DNA from: Longimicrobiales bacterium
Lineage (GTDB): Bacteria > Gemmatimonadota > Gemmatimonadetes > Longimicrobiales > Gaopeijiaceae
Assembly (NCBI GenBank): GCA_965202985.1
Contig: CBDBCF010000002.1
Span: forward strand, 352,001-416,000
Direction: 5' to 3'
DNA length: 64,000 nucleotides
Positions 1 to 9,300 of this stretch are shown here, in pieces. Under the pieces are notes generated by a model. That model was not told where the DNA came from and made no database searches. It worked only from the letters and a program-made list of their open reading frames with translations. Made by a program: the position numbers and the translations under genes. The stretch's first letter is position 1. The number at the start of each line of letters is the position of its first letter.

Positions 1-1
1 T

Positions 2-1648
2 CGGCGCGCCGGGGCGGAGCTGTCCGCCGCCGACAAGGAGCGTCTCGAGAAGGTTCGGGTGGAGCTGTCGGAGCTGGGTCGGGAGTTCGACGAGAACCTG
101 CTGGAAGAGACCGCCGACTTCGCGAAGGTGGTCGAGGACCCGCGCGCCCTGGCCGGCCTTCCGCCGTTGGCCATGGAGCGGGCGGCGCACTTGGCTCGCG
201 AGAAGGGAAGGGAAGGCTGGCTCCTGGCCTTGGACACGCCCAGCGTCGACGCCGTGTTGAAGCACGCCGAGGACCGCAGCCTGCGTCGGGAGATCCACGC
301 CGCCTACTTGGACCGCTGCGCCGCCGGCGAGCGCGACAACAGGCCGATCGTCTCCCGAATGCTGGAGCTCCGGCGCGAGCTGGCGGCGCTGCTGGGCTAC
401 GACGGCTTCCCCGGCTACCGGCTGGAAACGGCGATGGCCCGCTCGGACGCCAGCGTGCGCGCCTTCCTGGACGAGCTGACGGACGCGACCCGGCCCTTCT
501 ACGAGCGCGACGCCGGCGAGCTCGAGGCCCAAGCCCAGCGGTTCGGACTGGGGCGGCTCGAGCCCTGGGACGTGTCGTTCCTCGTGGAGAAGCTGCGGAA
601 GGAGCGCTTCGACGTGGACGACGAGACGCTCCGCCCTTGGTTTCCCTTGGAAGAGGTGCAGGCCGGCCTCTTCGAGATCGCCCGACGGCTCTTCGGCCTG
701 ACGGTGGAGCAAGCGGACGACGCCGGCGCGTGGCACCCCGACGTGACCTGCTTCCACGTCCGCGACGAGACCGGCCTCCGCCTGGGCTCGTTCTACGCCG
801 ACTGGTTCCCCCGCGAGACCAAGCGCCAGGGCGCGTGGATGGACGTGCTCGTCTCGGGCGGCCCCCGAGACGGCGGCTTCGACCCCCACGTGGCGTTCAT
901 CGGCGGCAACTTCAACCCGCCCACCGCCAAGTCGCCCGCCCTCCTGTCCCACCGCGAGGTCCAGACGCTCTTCCACGAGTTCGGCCACCTGCTCCACCAA
1001 GTGGCGTCGCGAGTCGAGATCTCCGGCAGGGGCGGCGTGAACGTGGCCTGGGACTGGGTGGAGGTCCCGTCCCAGATCATGGAGAACTGGACATGGCGCC
1101 GCGAGGCGCTGGACCTCTTCGCCCGCCACCACGAGACCGGCGAGGCCCTGCCCGCCGAAACCCTCGAACGCCTGTTGGCGGCCCGGCGGTTCATGGGCGG
1201 CTGGAACCAGATGCGCCAGTTGTCCCTGGCCAACCTGGACCTGCAACTTCATTCCAGCTACGACGGAGACGAGCCCGTCATGGAGTTCGCGGCTCGAGCC
1301 CTGCGTCCCTTCGTTCCCGCCGACCGGTTCGTGAAGCGCCATTTGCTCCCGTCGTTCGCCCACCTCTTCGGCGGCGGCTACGCCTCGGCCTACTACTCGT
1401 ACCTGTGGTCCGAGAGCTTGGAGGCCGACGCCTTCTCGCGCTTCGAGGACGAGGGCGTTCTGAGCCCCGAGACGGGGAGGGCGTTCCTGCGCGAGGTCCT
1501 TTCGCAGGGCGACCGACACGACCCGGAAGCCCTCTTCAAGAAGTTCGTCGGACGCGATCCGAGTCCGGCGGCATTGCTTCGACGCAACTTGGGCCGTACC
1601 TTGGCCGAGTACAGTTCCCCGGTATCCACAGAACGAGACGGGCAATGA
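2..1648 (+). CDS. prlC: M3-family oligopeptidase (oligopeptidase A-like), 5' truncated by window edge
   Basis: HEFGHLLH zinc motif, VEVPSQIMENW and GGYASAYYSYLWSE; frame is open from position 2. Confidence 0.9.
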   Translation, partial: RRAGAELSAADKERLEKVRVELSELGREFDENLLEETADFAKVVEDPRALAGLPPLAMERAAHLAREKGREGWLLALDTPSVDAVLKHAEDRSLRREIHAAYLDRCAAGERDNRPIVSRMLELRRELAALLGYDGFPGYRLETAMARSDASVRAFLDELTDATRPFYERDAGELEAQAQRFGLGRLEPWDVSFLVEKLRKERFDVDDETLRPWFPLEEVQAGLFEIARRLFGLTVEQADDAGAWHPDVTCFHVRDETGLRLGSFYADWFPRETKRQGAWMDVLVSGGPRDGGFDPHVAFIGGNFNPPTAKSPALLSHREVQTLFHEFGHLLHQVASRVEISGRGGVNVAWDWVEVPSQIMENWTWRREALDLFARHHETGEALPAETLERLLAARRFMGGWNQMRQLSLANLDLQLHSSYDGDEPVMEFAARALRPFVPADRFVKRHLLPSFAHLFGGGYASAYYSYLWSESLEADAFSRFEDEGVLSPETGRAFLREVLSQGDRHDPEALFKKFVGRDPSPAALLRRNLGRTLAEYSSPVSTERDGQ

Positions 1649-2988
1649 ACCACCGAATCGGGCGCTCCCCCGACTCGACGGACGCCACGCCGGACATGAC
1701 CCGCCGGTCGTGGTTGCGCAACAGCCTCGGAGGACTGGCCGCCATGCCCTGGATGGCGGACGCGGCCAGGCTCCTTCCCTTCGGCCTCGCCGCCGGCCGG
1801 CCGGGACGCGGCGCTCCCCAGGACGAGATCGTGCTGGGCATGTCGGCCGCCTTCTCGGGCCCGTCGATGGGGCTGGGGATAGAGCTCTACCGAGGCGCCA
1901 GCGCCTACTTCGAGCACGTGAACCAGCAGGGCGGGATAGGCGGCCGTCGGATCGTGCTCCGCATCTACGACGACGGCTACCAACCCGACCCGTCCGTCAA
2001 CAACACGGTGACCCTGGTCCAGCAGGACCGCGTGTTCCTCCTGTTCGGGTACGTGGGGACGCCCACGGTCACGCGCGTGCTCCCGGTCCTGAAGAAGTTC
2101 CAGGACCAGAAGGTCTACCTGTTCTTCCCGTTCACCGGCGCCCAGCCCCAGCGCGAGCCTCCGTACGGCGAGTTCGCCTTCAACCTGCGCGCCTCGTACC
2201 GCCAGGAGACCGCCGGACTGGTGGACAACCTGGTCGCGGTCGGCAAGCGGCGGATCGGCGTCTTCTACCAAGCGGACGCCTACGGCCGCAGCGGCTGGTC
2301 CGGCGTCAAGGCGGCGCTGGAGCAGTACGGCGCCCAGATCGCAGGCGAGGCCACGTATCGGCGTGGGGAGAAGTTCACGGGCAGCATGCGGCGCCAAGTC
2401 GAGATCCTTCAGAACGCCACGGGCGGGGCGCCCGAGGCGGTCATCTGCGTCGGGTCCTACGCCGCGTGCGCCGCCTTCGCCCGCGACGCCGTGGACCTGG
2501 GCCTGGAGGTCCCGATCGCCAACCTCTCGTTCGTGGGAAGCGAGAACCTGCTCCAGCTTCTCATGGACAGCCAGGACGACAGCCGACGCTACACCCGGCA
2601 CTTGGTCAATTCGCAGGTCGTGCCCAGCTACGAGGACATGTCGGTCCCCGCGGTCCGCGAGTATCGGGACTTCATGGAGCGCTACAACCCGGCGGTGCCG
2701 GAGGAGCTGGTTCACGAGCCCTACACCCCGTTCCCCCACAGCTTCGTGAGTCTGGAGGGCTTCCTGGACGCCAAGCTCATGGTCGAGATCCTGCGGCGCC
2801 TGGGAGAGCACCCTTCGCGCGAAGGGTTGGAGCAGGCGGTGTTCTCGGTGCGCGAGTTCGACCTGGGGATCGACGAGCGCGTGTCGTTCGGGCCCGATCG
2901 GCGCCAGGGGCTCCAGCAGGTCTACTACACGGTGGCCGAGGAAGGCCGCTTCGTCACCCTGGAGGACTGGAACGCATGGCTCGCCTGA
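1645..2988 (+). CDS. Type I periplasmic binding protein (branched-chain amino acid/sensory-like) with twin-arginine signal
   Basis: ATGA overlap with prlC stop (alternative ATG at 1696); TRRSWL Tat-like motif; LGMSAAFSGP...GGIGGRRIVL..YDDGYQP...FGYVGTPT typical of LivJ-like PBP1. Confidence 0.85.
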   Translation: MNHRIGRSPDSTDATPDMTRRSWLRNSLGGLAAMPWMADAARLLPFGLAAGRPGRGAPQDEIVLGMSAAFSGPSMGLGIELYRGASAYFEHVNQQGGIGGRRIVLRIYDDGYQPDPSVNNTVTLVQQDRVFLLFGYVGTPTVTRVLPVLKKFQDQKVYLFFPFTGAQPQREPPYGEFAFNLRASYRQETAGLVDNLVAVGKRRIGVFYQADAYGRSGWSGVKAALEQYGAQIAGEATYRRGEKFTGSMRRQVEILQNATGGAPEAVICVGSYAACAAFARDAVDLGLEVPIANLSFVGSENLLQLLMDSQDDSRRYTRHLVNSQVVPSYEDMSVPAVREYRDFMERYNPAVPEELVHEPYTPFPHSFVSLEGFLDAKLMVEILRRLGEHPSREGLEQAVFSVREFDLGIDERVSFGPDRRQGLQQVYYTVAEEGRFVTLEDWNAWLA

Positions 2989-3731
2989 CCTTCAAGGTCC
3001 AGAAGCTCTTCCAGAAGACGTTGTTCGGCGTCTTCTCCCTCTTCGGCCTGATCGTGCTCTCCACGTCGATGCTGTGCATCTACACGGTGGACACGCACCT
3101 GTCCTCGGAGTACGAGAACAACAGCCGAAACATCGCCCAGACGATCGCCGACTCCAGCGTGGACATCCTGCTGAACCGGGGCCTGTCGTCGCTTCAGTCG
3201 CTGATCGACCAGTTCGTGGAGCTTCAGGGCATCCGCTACATCTACATCACCAGCGAGGACGGCGAGTTCCTGGCCCACACCTTCGTCCCCGGCATCCCGG
3301 ACGAGATACTGGCGAGCGACCCCTCCAGCACGGAGACGGTGGAGCGCAGCCTGCCCGGAATGGGCGACTTCGTCGAGGTGGGGAGCCCGATCCTGGCGGG
3401 CGAAGCCGGCCACGTGCACGTGGGCATGGACACGGACTTGGTGGCGTTGAAGATCCAGCGGGCGATCGGCCAGCAGGTCTGGCTGATCTCGATCATCCTG
3501 GTGGTGGGCGTCCTGTCGGCGATTTGGTTCGTCAACTTGGCCGCCCGGCCGCTGGGCGACCTGTTGGGGTACGCCGTTCACCTGGCCCGCCACGGCCGGC
3601 CCGACGCGAACTCGCCCGGCGAAGAGATCCTGGAGCGCGACGACGAGGTGGGGCAGCTGGCCCGCCTCTTCCTCCACTTTGCCGGCGGACCGGAGGGGGG
3701 GAGAAGCTCCGCGTCCGGCGGCGCGGGCTAG
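2976..3731 (+). CDS. Membrane protein: TM - periplasmic (Cache-like) domain - TM - HAMP-like, no output domain
   Basis: GGAGG upstream of ATG 2976; two hydrophobic helices; C-terminal ARPLGDL...RDDEVGQLARLF HAMP signature. Confidence 0.75.
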   Translation: MARLTFKVQKLFQKTLFGVFSLFGLIVLSTSMLCIYTVDTHLSSEYENNSRNIAQTIADSSVDILLNRGLSSLQSLIDQFVELQGIRYIYITSEDGEFLAHTFVPGIPDEILASDPSSTETVERSLPGMGDFVEVGSPILAGEAGHVHVGMDTDLVALKIQRAIGQQVWLISIILVVGVLSAIWFVNLAARPLGDLLGYAVHLARHGRPDANSPGEEILERDDEVGQLARLFLHFAGGPEGGRSSASGGAG

Positions 3732-3738
3732 GTTCGTC

Positions 3739-5064
3739 GTGGCAGCGCCCAGCACTCGCGTAGCGCCTCGGTTTCTCGTTGCCGTCTTCTGCACGCTGTT
3801 GCAGTTGTGCTTCGGGACCGTGTACGCCTGGAGCTACTTCGGCACCATCCTTGTTCGCGAATTCGGCTGGACCCACACGCAGACGTCGTGGGCGTTCGGG
3901 ATCGCGATCTTCTCTCTGGGGATCTCGGCGGCGTGGGCCGGCTCCGTCCTGCCGCGCCTGGGGCCGCGAAAGCTGGCGGTAGCGGGCAGCATCCTCTTTT
4001 CCGGGGGGTACTTGATCGCGGGCTTGGCCCTGCACTTGGGCGCGATCCCGTTGTTCTATCTGGGGTACGGCGTTCTCGGCGGCGCCGGAATCGGACTGGG
4101 CTACGTGACGCCCGTGGCCACCGCGGCCAAGTGGTTCCCCGAGAAGAAGGGCATGGTGACGGGGATCGTGGTCATGGGGTTCGGCGTTGGCGCGTTCCTC
4201 CTCAGCAAGGGACTGGCCCCGGTTCTCTTGGGGTACACGGCGGGCGACCTGCCGATGGTCTTCATGTGGCTCGGAATCGTGTTCGCGTGCCTCTTGCTGC
4301 CCTCCAGTCTCGTGCTGAGCGACCCCCCCGGCACGCCGGCGTACCGGCCCAGCGCCGAGGCCGCAAAGAGCCGGATCGCCCGCGAGCCGGACGCGATGCG
4401 CCGCTACCTGCGGTCCACCGAGTTCATCATCATGTGGACGGTGTTCTTCTTCAACATCGCGGCCGGCATCTCGGTGATCAGCTTCCAGTCGGAGCTCCTG
4501 CAAGAGGTCTGGGGGTTCGCCGACCCGTCGGTGGAGCCGGCGACGCTGGCCGAGTACGGGGCCACGCTGATCGCCGTCAGCTCGCTCTGCAACGGCGTGG
4601 GGCGGCTCTTCTGGGGCCTGCTGTCCGACCGGATCGGGCGCGTGCAGGTCTTCCGCATCCTGCTTGCCAGCCAGCTGGTCGTCTTCGGCATGTTGATGAC
4701 CGAGACCAATCCTTGGGTGTTCTCGGCCCTGGTGTGCTACGTCCTCCTGTGCTTCGGCGGGGGCTTCGCCACGATGCCGCCGTTCATCCTGGACGTCTTC
4801 GGCTCCCGGAAGATGTCGGCCGTCTACGGCGCCATCCTCACCGCGTGGTCCGCCGCCGGCATCTTCGGCCCTCTCTACGTGGGCTACCTCAAGGACGCCT
4901 ACCCGGACCGCGCCGTCATGTACTGCTTCCTGGTCGGCATCCTCATGCTGGGCGGCGGCTACGTCTTCGCGTGCCTCCTCAACAACGACCGCATCCGCTT
5001 CGAGAAGCCCACCGTGGAAAACACCCTGCGCCGATTCGGGATCGCTCCGGCACGCCGAGCCTGA
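3739..5064 (+). CDS. MFS transporter, OFA (oxalate/formate antiporter) family
   Basis: About 12 hydrophobic segments; GTVYAWSYF, LGPRK, KWFPEKKG, WGLLSDRIGR. Start uncertain (GTG 3739; frame open from 3679). Confidence 0.88.
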   Translation: MAAPSTRVAPRFLVAVFCTLLQLCFGTVYAWSYFGTILVREFGWTHTQTSWAFGIAIFSLGISAAWAGSVLPRLGPRKLAVAGSILFSGGYLIAGLALHLGAIPLFYLGYGVLGGAGIGLGYVTPVATAAKWFPEKKGMVTGIVVMGFGVGAFLLSKGLAPVLLGYTAGDLPMVFMWLGIVFACLLLPSSLVLSDPPGTPAYRPSAEAAKSRIAREPDAMRRYLRSTEFIIMWTVFFFNIAAGISVISFQSELLQEVWGFADPSVEPATLAEYGATLIAVSSLCNGVGRLFWGLLSDRIGRVQVFRILLASQLVVFGMLMTETNPWVFSALVCYVLLCFGGGFATMPPFILDVFGSRKMSAVYGAILTAWSAAGIFGPLYVGYLKDAYPDRAVMYCFLVGILMLGGGYVFACLLNNDRIRFEKPTVENTLRRFGIAPARRA

Positions 5065-5084
5065 AGGGTTCCGAGGAGGACCGA

Positions 5085-6149
5085 ATGAACGGCTTCATGA
5101 CCGCCGTGGCCCTTGCGCTTGCGGGCTGGACTTCGGGCGTCGCGGCGCAGGAAGCGGGGGACATGACGATCTTGGAGCCGTGCGGGACAAGCTGCGGCGT
5201 CACGCTGGTTCCCGAGGGCGAGTACGGCGAGGACTCCGGCCCGGGCATGATCGAGGCGACGATGGCAAGGGCTTGGCGGGACGCTTCGGGCAGGGTGTAC
5301 GTCACCGGCGAGAGTGCGCCTCACGTCTGGGTGTTCGGTGCGGACGGGAGCTTCCTGAGGCGGATCGGACGGCAGGGCTCGGGTCCTGGAGAGTTCCAGT
5401 ACCTGCACTCGCTGACTCTCGTCGACGACGGCGTGTTTGCGGCGTTGGACTCCGGCCGAGGGGCGATCCTGACCTATGACTGGACCGGACAGCTGCAACG
5501 GGAAGTGAGAACACAAGGCTGGCTGCCCTTGGGGTTCCAGACGATTCACTTCGAAGGCGACTTGGCGGTCTCTACGGCCGAGTTCCACACGCCCGAGAAC
5601 ATGGGGTACCCTCTCCGCCTGATCGACCTGGGGGCCGGCACGATTCGAGAGTCGTTCGGATCCCGGACGGGCGACTACCCCTTGGGAACCAGACTTGTGC
5701 AGAAGTCGATCGCGCGGGGCCCTAACCGAACGGTCTGGATGGCGCGCATCACGGCCTACGAAATCGAGCTGTGGGAGCCGAACCGGCTGCTTCGCACGTT
5801 GCGGCGCGACGTGGACTGGTTTCCGGACGTGAAGCCGGACGAGCGTGGCCACGGAATGGAGGCGAAGCCGACTCCCGTGTTCGCGCACATGGCGTCCGAC
5901 GACTCGTTGCTCTGGGTGTTCCTTTACACGGCGGACGAACGATGGGCGCAAGCAGCCGAGACCCAGGACCGGGACCTGTATCTGGACACGACCATCGAAG
6001 TCATCGACTGGCGGCGCGGGCAGGTCGTCGCCAGTCGGCGTCTCGACGAGGAGTTCGACGCCTGGCTGGAGCCGGGCCTAGCGGGCCGGTTGGCGGTCAC
6101 GCAGACGGGCGATGTCCGGTATCGGACGTACCGCGTTCGGCTGCACTGA
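5085..6149 (+). CDS. Secreted 6-bladed beta-propeller-like protein
   Basis: GAGGAGG RBS, signal peptide (VAAQE), IGRQGSGPGEF motif. Confidence 0.7.
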   Translation: MNGFMTAVALALAGWTSGVAAQEAGDMTILEPCGTSCGVTLVPEGEYGEDSGPGMIEATMARAWRDASGRVYVTGESAPHVWVFGADGSFLRRIGRQGSGPGEFQYLHSLTLVDDGVFAALDSGRGAILTYDWTGQLQREVRTQGWLPLGFQTIHFEGDLAVSTAEFHTPENMGYPLRLIDLGAGTIRESFGSRTGDYPLGTRLVQKSIARGPNRTVWMARITAYEIELWEPNRLLRTLRRDVDWFPDVKPDERGHGMEAKPTPVFAHMASDDSLLWVFLYTADERWAQAAETQDRDLYLDTTIEVIDWRRGQVVASRRLDEEFDAWLEPGLAGRLAVTQTGDVRYRTYRVRLH

Positions 6150-6185
6150 AGCGAGGGGCGACACCACCCGGCGAGCATCGCTCAC

Positions 6186-6223
6186 TTGGCGCTCAACGGA
6201 GCTATTGGCGCTCAACGGAGCTA
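6186..6223. repeat. Perfect 2x19-bp tandem repeat TTGGCGCTCAACGGAGCTA
   Basis: Copies at 6186-6204 and 6205-6223, in the intergenic region. Confidence 0.95.
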
Positions 6224-6234
6224 CTTGTTATCTT
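6205..6234 (+). promoter_or_regulatory. Putative sigma70-type promoter of the giant adhesin
   Basis: TTGGCG-18 nt-TATCTT with TGn extension; AGGAG RBS near 6292, before TTG 6304. Confidence 0.4.
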
Positions 6235-6303
6235 CACCTTAGTGAGTGAGGTGAGCCGGTGGGTCGATGAGCCCTCAGCACGACCATTAGCAGGAGCCAC
6301 GCA

Positions 6304-9300
6304 TTGGCAACGCCAGTGACGAAAGCAGGCTCGGACGTACGCGACTCGGCTCCTCCTCTTGTCGGCAGAGCGTGGACAGGTCTCGCCGTCCCGTTTTTGC
6401 TGGTGTTGATCGGGGGGTTACCCTCCGGCGGAGCTGAGGCCCAGGCGCTGACGGTGCAGCGTTTCAACTTTCGCGGTTTGGCGGAGGGCGACAGCACGTA
6501 CTACCTGAACGAGGTGGTGCGGTTGCGTGTGTTCTTCACGCAGCACATCACGGTGGACACGTCGGGCGGCGAGCCGTACGTGGACCTGACGATCGGCTCG
6601 ACGACGCGGCGTGCCGCGTACAACTCTTCGCGGCAGAACTACCTGGGCTTCAGCTACCGGGTGCAGGCGGACGACTTGGACGACGACGGCGTGAGCGTTC
6701 CGGCGAACGGGTTGACGCTGAACGGCGCGGTGGTCACGGCGAAGAACAACCCTGCGGTCGTCGCTGATCCGGCGCACGGGTTGGCGGAGGGCGGGCTGTC
6801 GCGCAAGGTGGACGGCAGCCAGGTTCGGCCGCCGGACCCGACGCTGTCGGCGGTCGGGGCGAGCGTGGCCGAGGGCGGAGCGGGCGCGGAGACGGATCTC
6901 GAGTTCGCGGTGCGGCTGTCGCCGGCGGCCGGGGCGCGCGTGACGGTGGACTATTCGGACGCGGGGAGCGGGACGGCGACGTCGGGCGAGGACTACGCGG
7001 CGATCGAGGGCGGGACGCTGACGTTCGAGCCTGGCGAAACGCTGAAGACGGTGTGGGTGAAGGTGCGGGGCGACGACGTGGTGGAGGACGACGAGACGGT
7101 GGTGCTGGCGTTGAGCGGCGCGACGAACGCGGAGTTGGCGACTCGGACGGTACGGGGCACGATCGTGGACGACGACGAGGCGCCTCCGGCGCTGACGGTC
7201 GAGCGGATCGACTTCCGGGATGCGCCCGGGGGCGACAGCACGTACTACCGTGGTGAGATCGTTCGGGTGCGGGTGTTCTTCTCTCAGCGCATCGCGGTGG
7301 ACGCCTCGGGCGGCCTGCCGTCGGTGGACCTGACGGTCGGGACGGAGACGCGGCGGGCGGTGATGGGTTCGAGGAGCTGGAACCAGAACCGGCTGGAGCT
7401 CAGGTACACAGTGCAGGAGGGCGACTACGACGCCGACGGCGTGAGCGTGCAGGCGAACAGCCTTGCGCTGAACGGCGCGGTGGTCACGGCGCAGAACGAC
7501 GCATCGGTCCGTGCGGAGACGGCACACGGCGCGGCCGATGGGGGCGCGGCGCACAAGGTGGACGGCAGCCAGGTTCGGCCGCCGGACCCGACGCTGTCGG
7601 CGGTCGGGGCGAGCGTGGCCGAGGGCGGAGCGGGCGCGGAGACGGACCTCGAGTTCGCGGTGCGGCTGTCGCCGGCGGCTGGGGCGCGCGTGACGGTGGA
7701 CTATTCGGACGCGGGGAGCGGGACGGCGACGTCGGGCGAGGACTACGCGGCGATCGAGGGCGGGACGCTGACGTTCGAGCCTGGGGACACGTTGAAGACG
7801 GTGTGGGTGAAGGTGCGGGGCGACGACGCGGAGGAGGACGACGAGACGGTGGTGCTGGCGTTGAGCGGCGCGACGAACGCGGAGTTGGCGACTCGGACGG
7901 TACGGGGCACGATCGTGGACGACGACGAGGCGCCTCCGGCGCTGACGGTGCAGCGTTTCAACTTTCGCGGTTTGGCGGAGGGCGACAGCACGTACTACCT
8001 GAACGAGGTGGTGCGGTTGCGTGTGTTCTTCACGCAGCACATCACGGTGGACACGTCGGGCGGCGAGCCGTACGTGGACCTGACGATCGGCTCGACGACG
8101 CGGCGAGCCGCGTACAACTCTTCGCGGCAGAACTACCTGGGCTTCAGCTACCGGGTGCAGGCGGACGACTTGGACGACGACGGCGTGAGCGTTCCGGCGA
8201 ACGGGTTGCAGCTGAACGGCGCGGTGGTCACGGCGAAGGACAACTCTGCGGTCGTCGCGGACCCGGCGCACGGTTTGGCGGAGGGCGGGCTGTCGCGCAA
8301 GGTGGACGGCAGCCAGGTCCGGCCGCAGGGGCCGACGGTCTCCGCGGAAGGGGCGAGCGTGGCCGAGGGCGGTGCGGGCGCGGAGACGGATCTCGAGTTC
8401 GCGGTGCGGCTGTCGCCGGCGGCCGGGGCGCGCGTGACGGTGGACTATTCGGACGCGGGGAGCGGGACGGCGACGTCGGGCGAGGACTACGCGGCGATCG
8501 AGGGCGGGACGCTGACGTTCGAGCCTGGCGAAACGCTGAAGACGGTGTGGGTGAAGGTGCGGGGCGACGACGTGGTGGAGGACGACGAGACGGTGGTGCT
8601 GGCGTTGAGCGGCGCGACGAACGCGGAGTTGGCGACTCGGACGGTACGGGGCACGATCGTGGACGACGACGAGGCGCCTCCGGCGCTGACGGTCGAGCGG
8701 ATCGACTTCCGGGATGCGCCCGGGGGCGACAGCACGTACTACCGTGGTGAGATCGTTCGGGTGCGGGTGTTCTTCTCTCAGCGCATCGCGGTGGACGCCT
8801 CGGGCGGCCTGCCGTCGGTGGACCTGACGGTCGGGACGGAGACGCGGCGGGCGGTGATGGGTTCGAGGAGCTGGAACCAGAACCGGCTGGAGCTCAGGTA
8901 CACAGTGCAGGAGGGCGACTACGACGCCGACGGCGTGAGCGTGCAGGCGAACAGCCTTGCGCTGAACGGCGCGGTGGTCACGGCGCAGAACGACGCATCG
9001 GTCCGTGCGGAGACGGCACACGGCGCGGCCGATGGGGGCGCGGCGCACAAGGTGGACGGCAGCCAGGTTCGGCCGCCGGACCCGACGCTGTCGGCGGTCG
9101 GGGCGAGCGTGGCCGAGGGCGGAGCGGGCGCGGAGACGGACCTCGAGTTCGCGGTGCGGCTGTCGCCGGCGGCTGGGGCGCGCGTGACGGTGGACTATTC
9201 GGACGCGGGGAGCGGGACGGCGACGTCGGGCGAGGACTACGCGGCGATCGAGGGCGGGACGCTGACGTTCGAGCCTGGGGACACGTTGAAGACGGTGTGG

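Noticed and set aside
637..1644. N-terminal extensions in the ORF track (783-aa PBP, 780-aa propeller, 1353-aa propeller, 1059-aa LigD, 779-aa Der)
   Set aside because: Extensions overlap real upstream genes in other frames; true starts are at downstream RBS or overlap sites.
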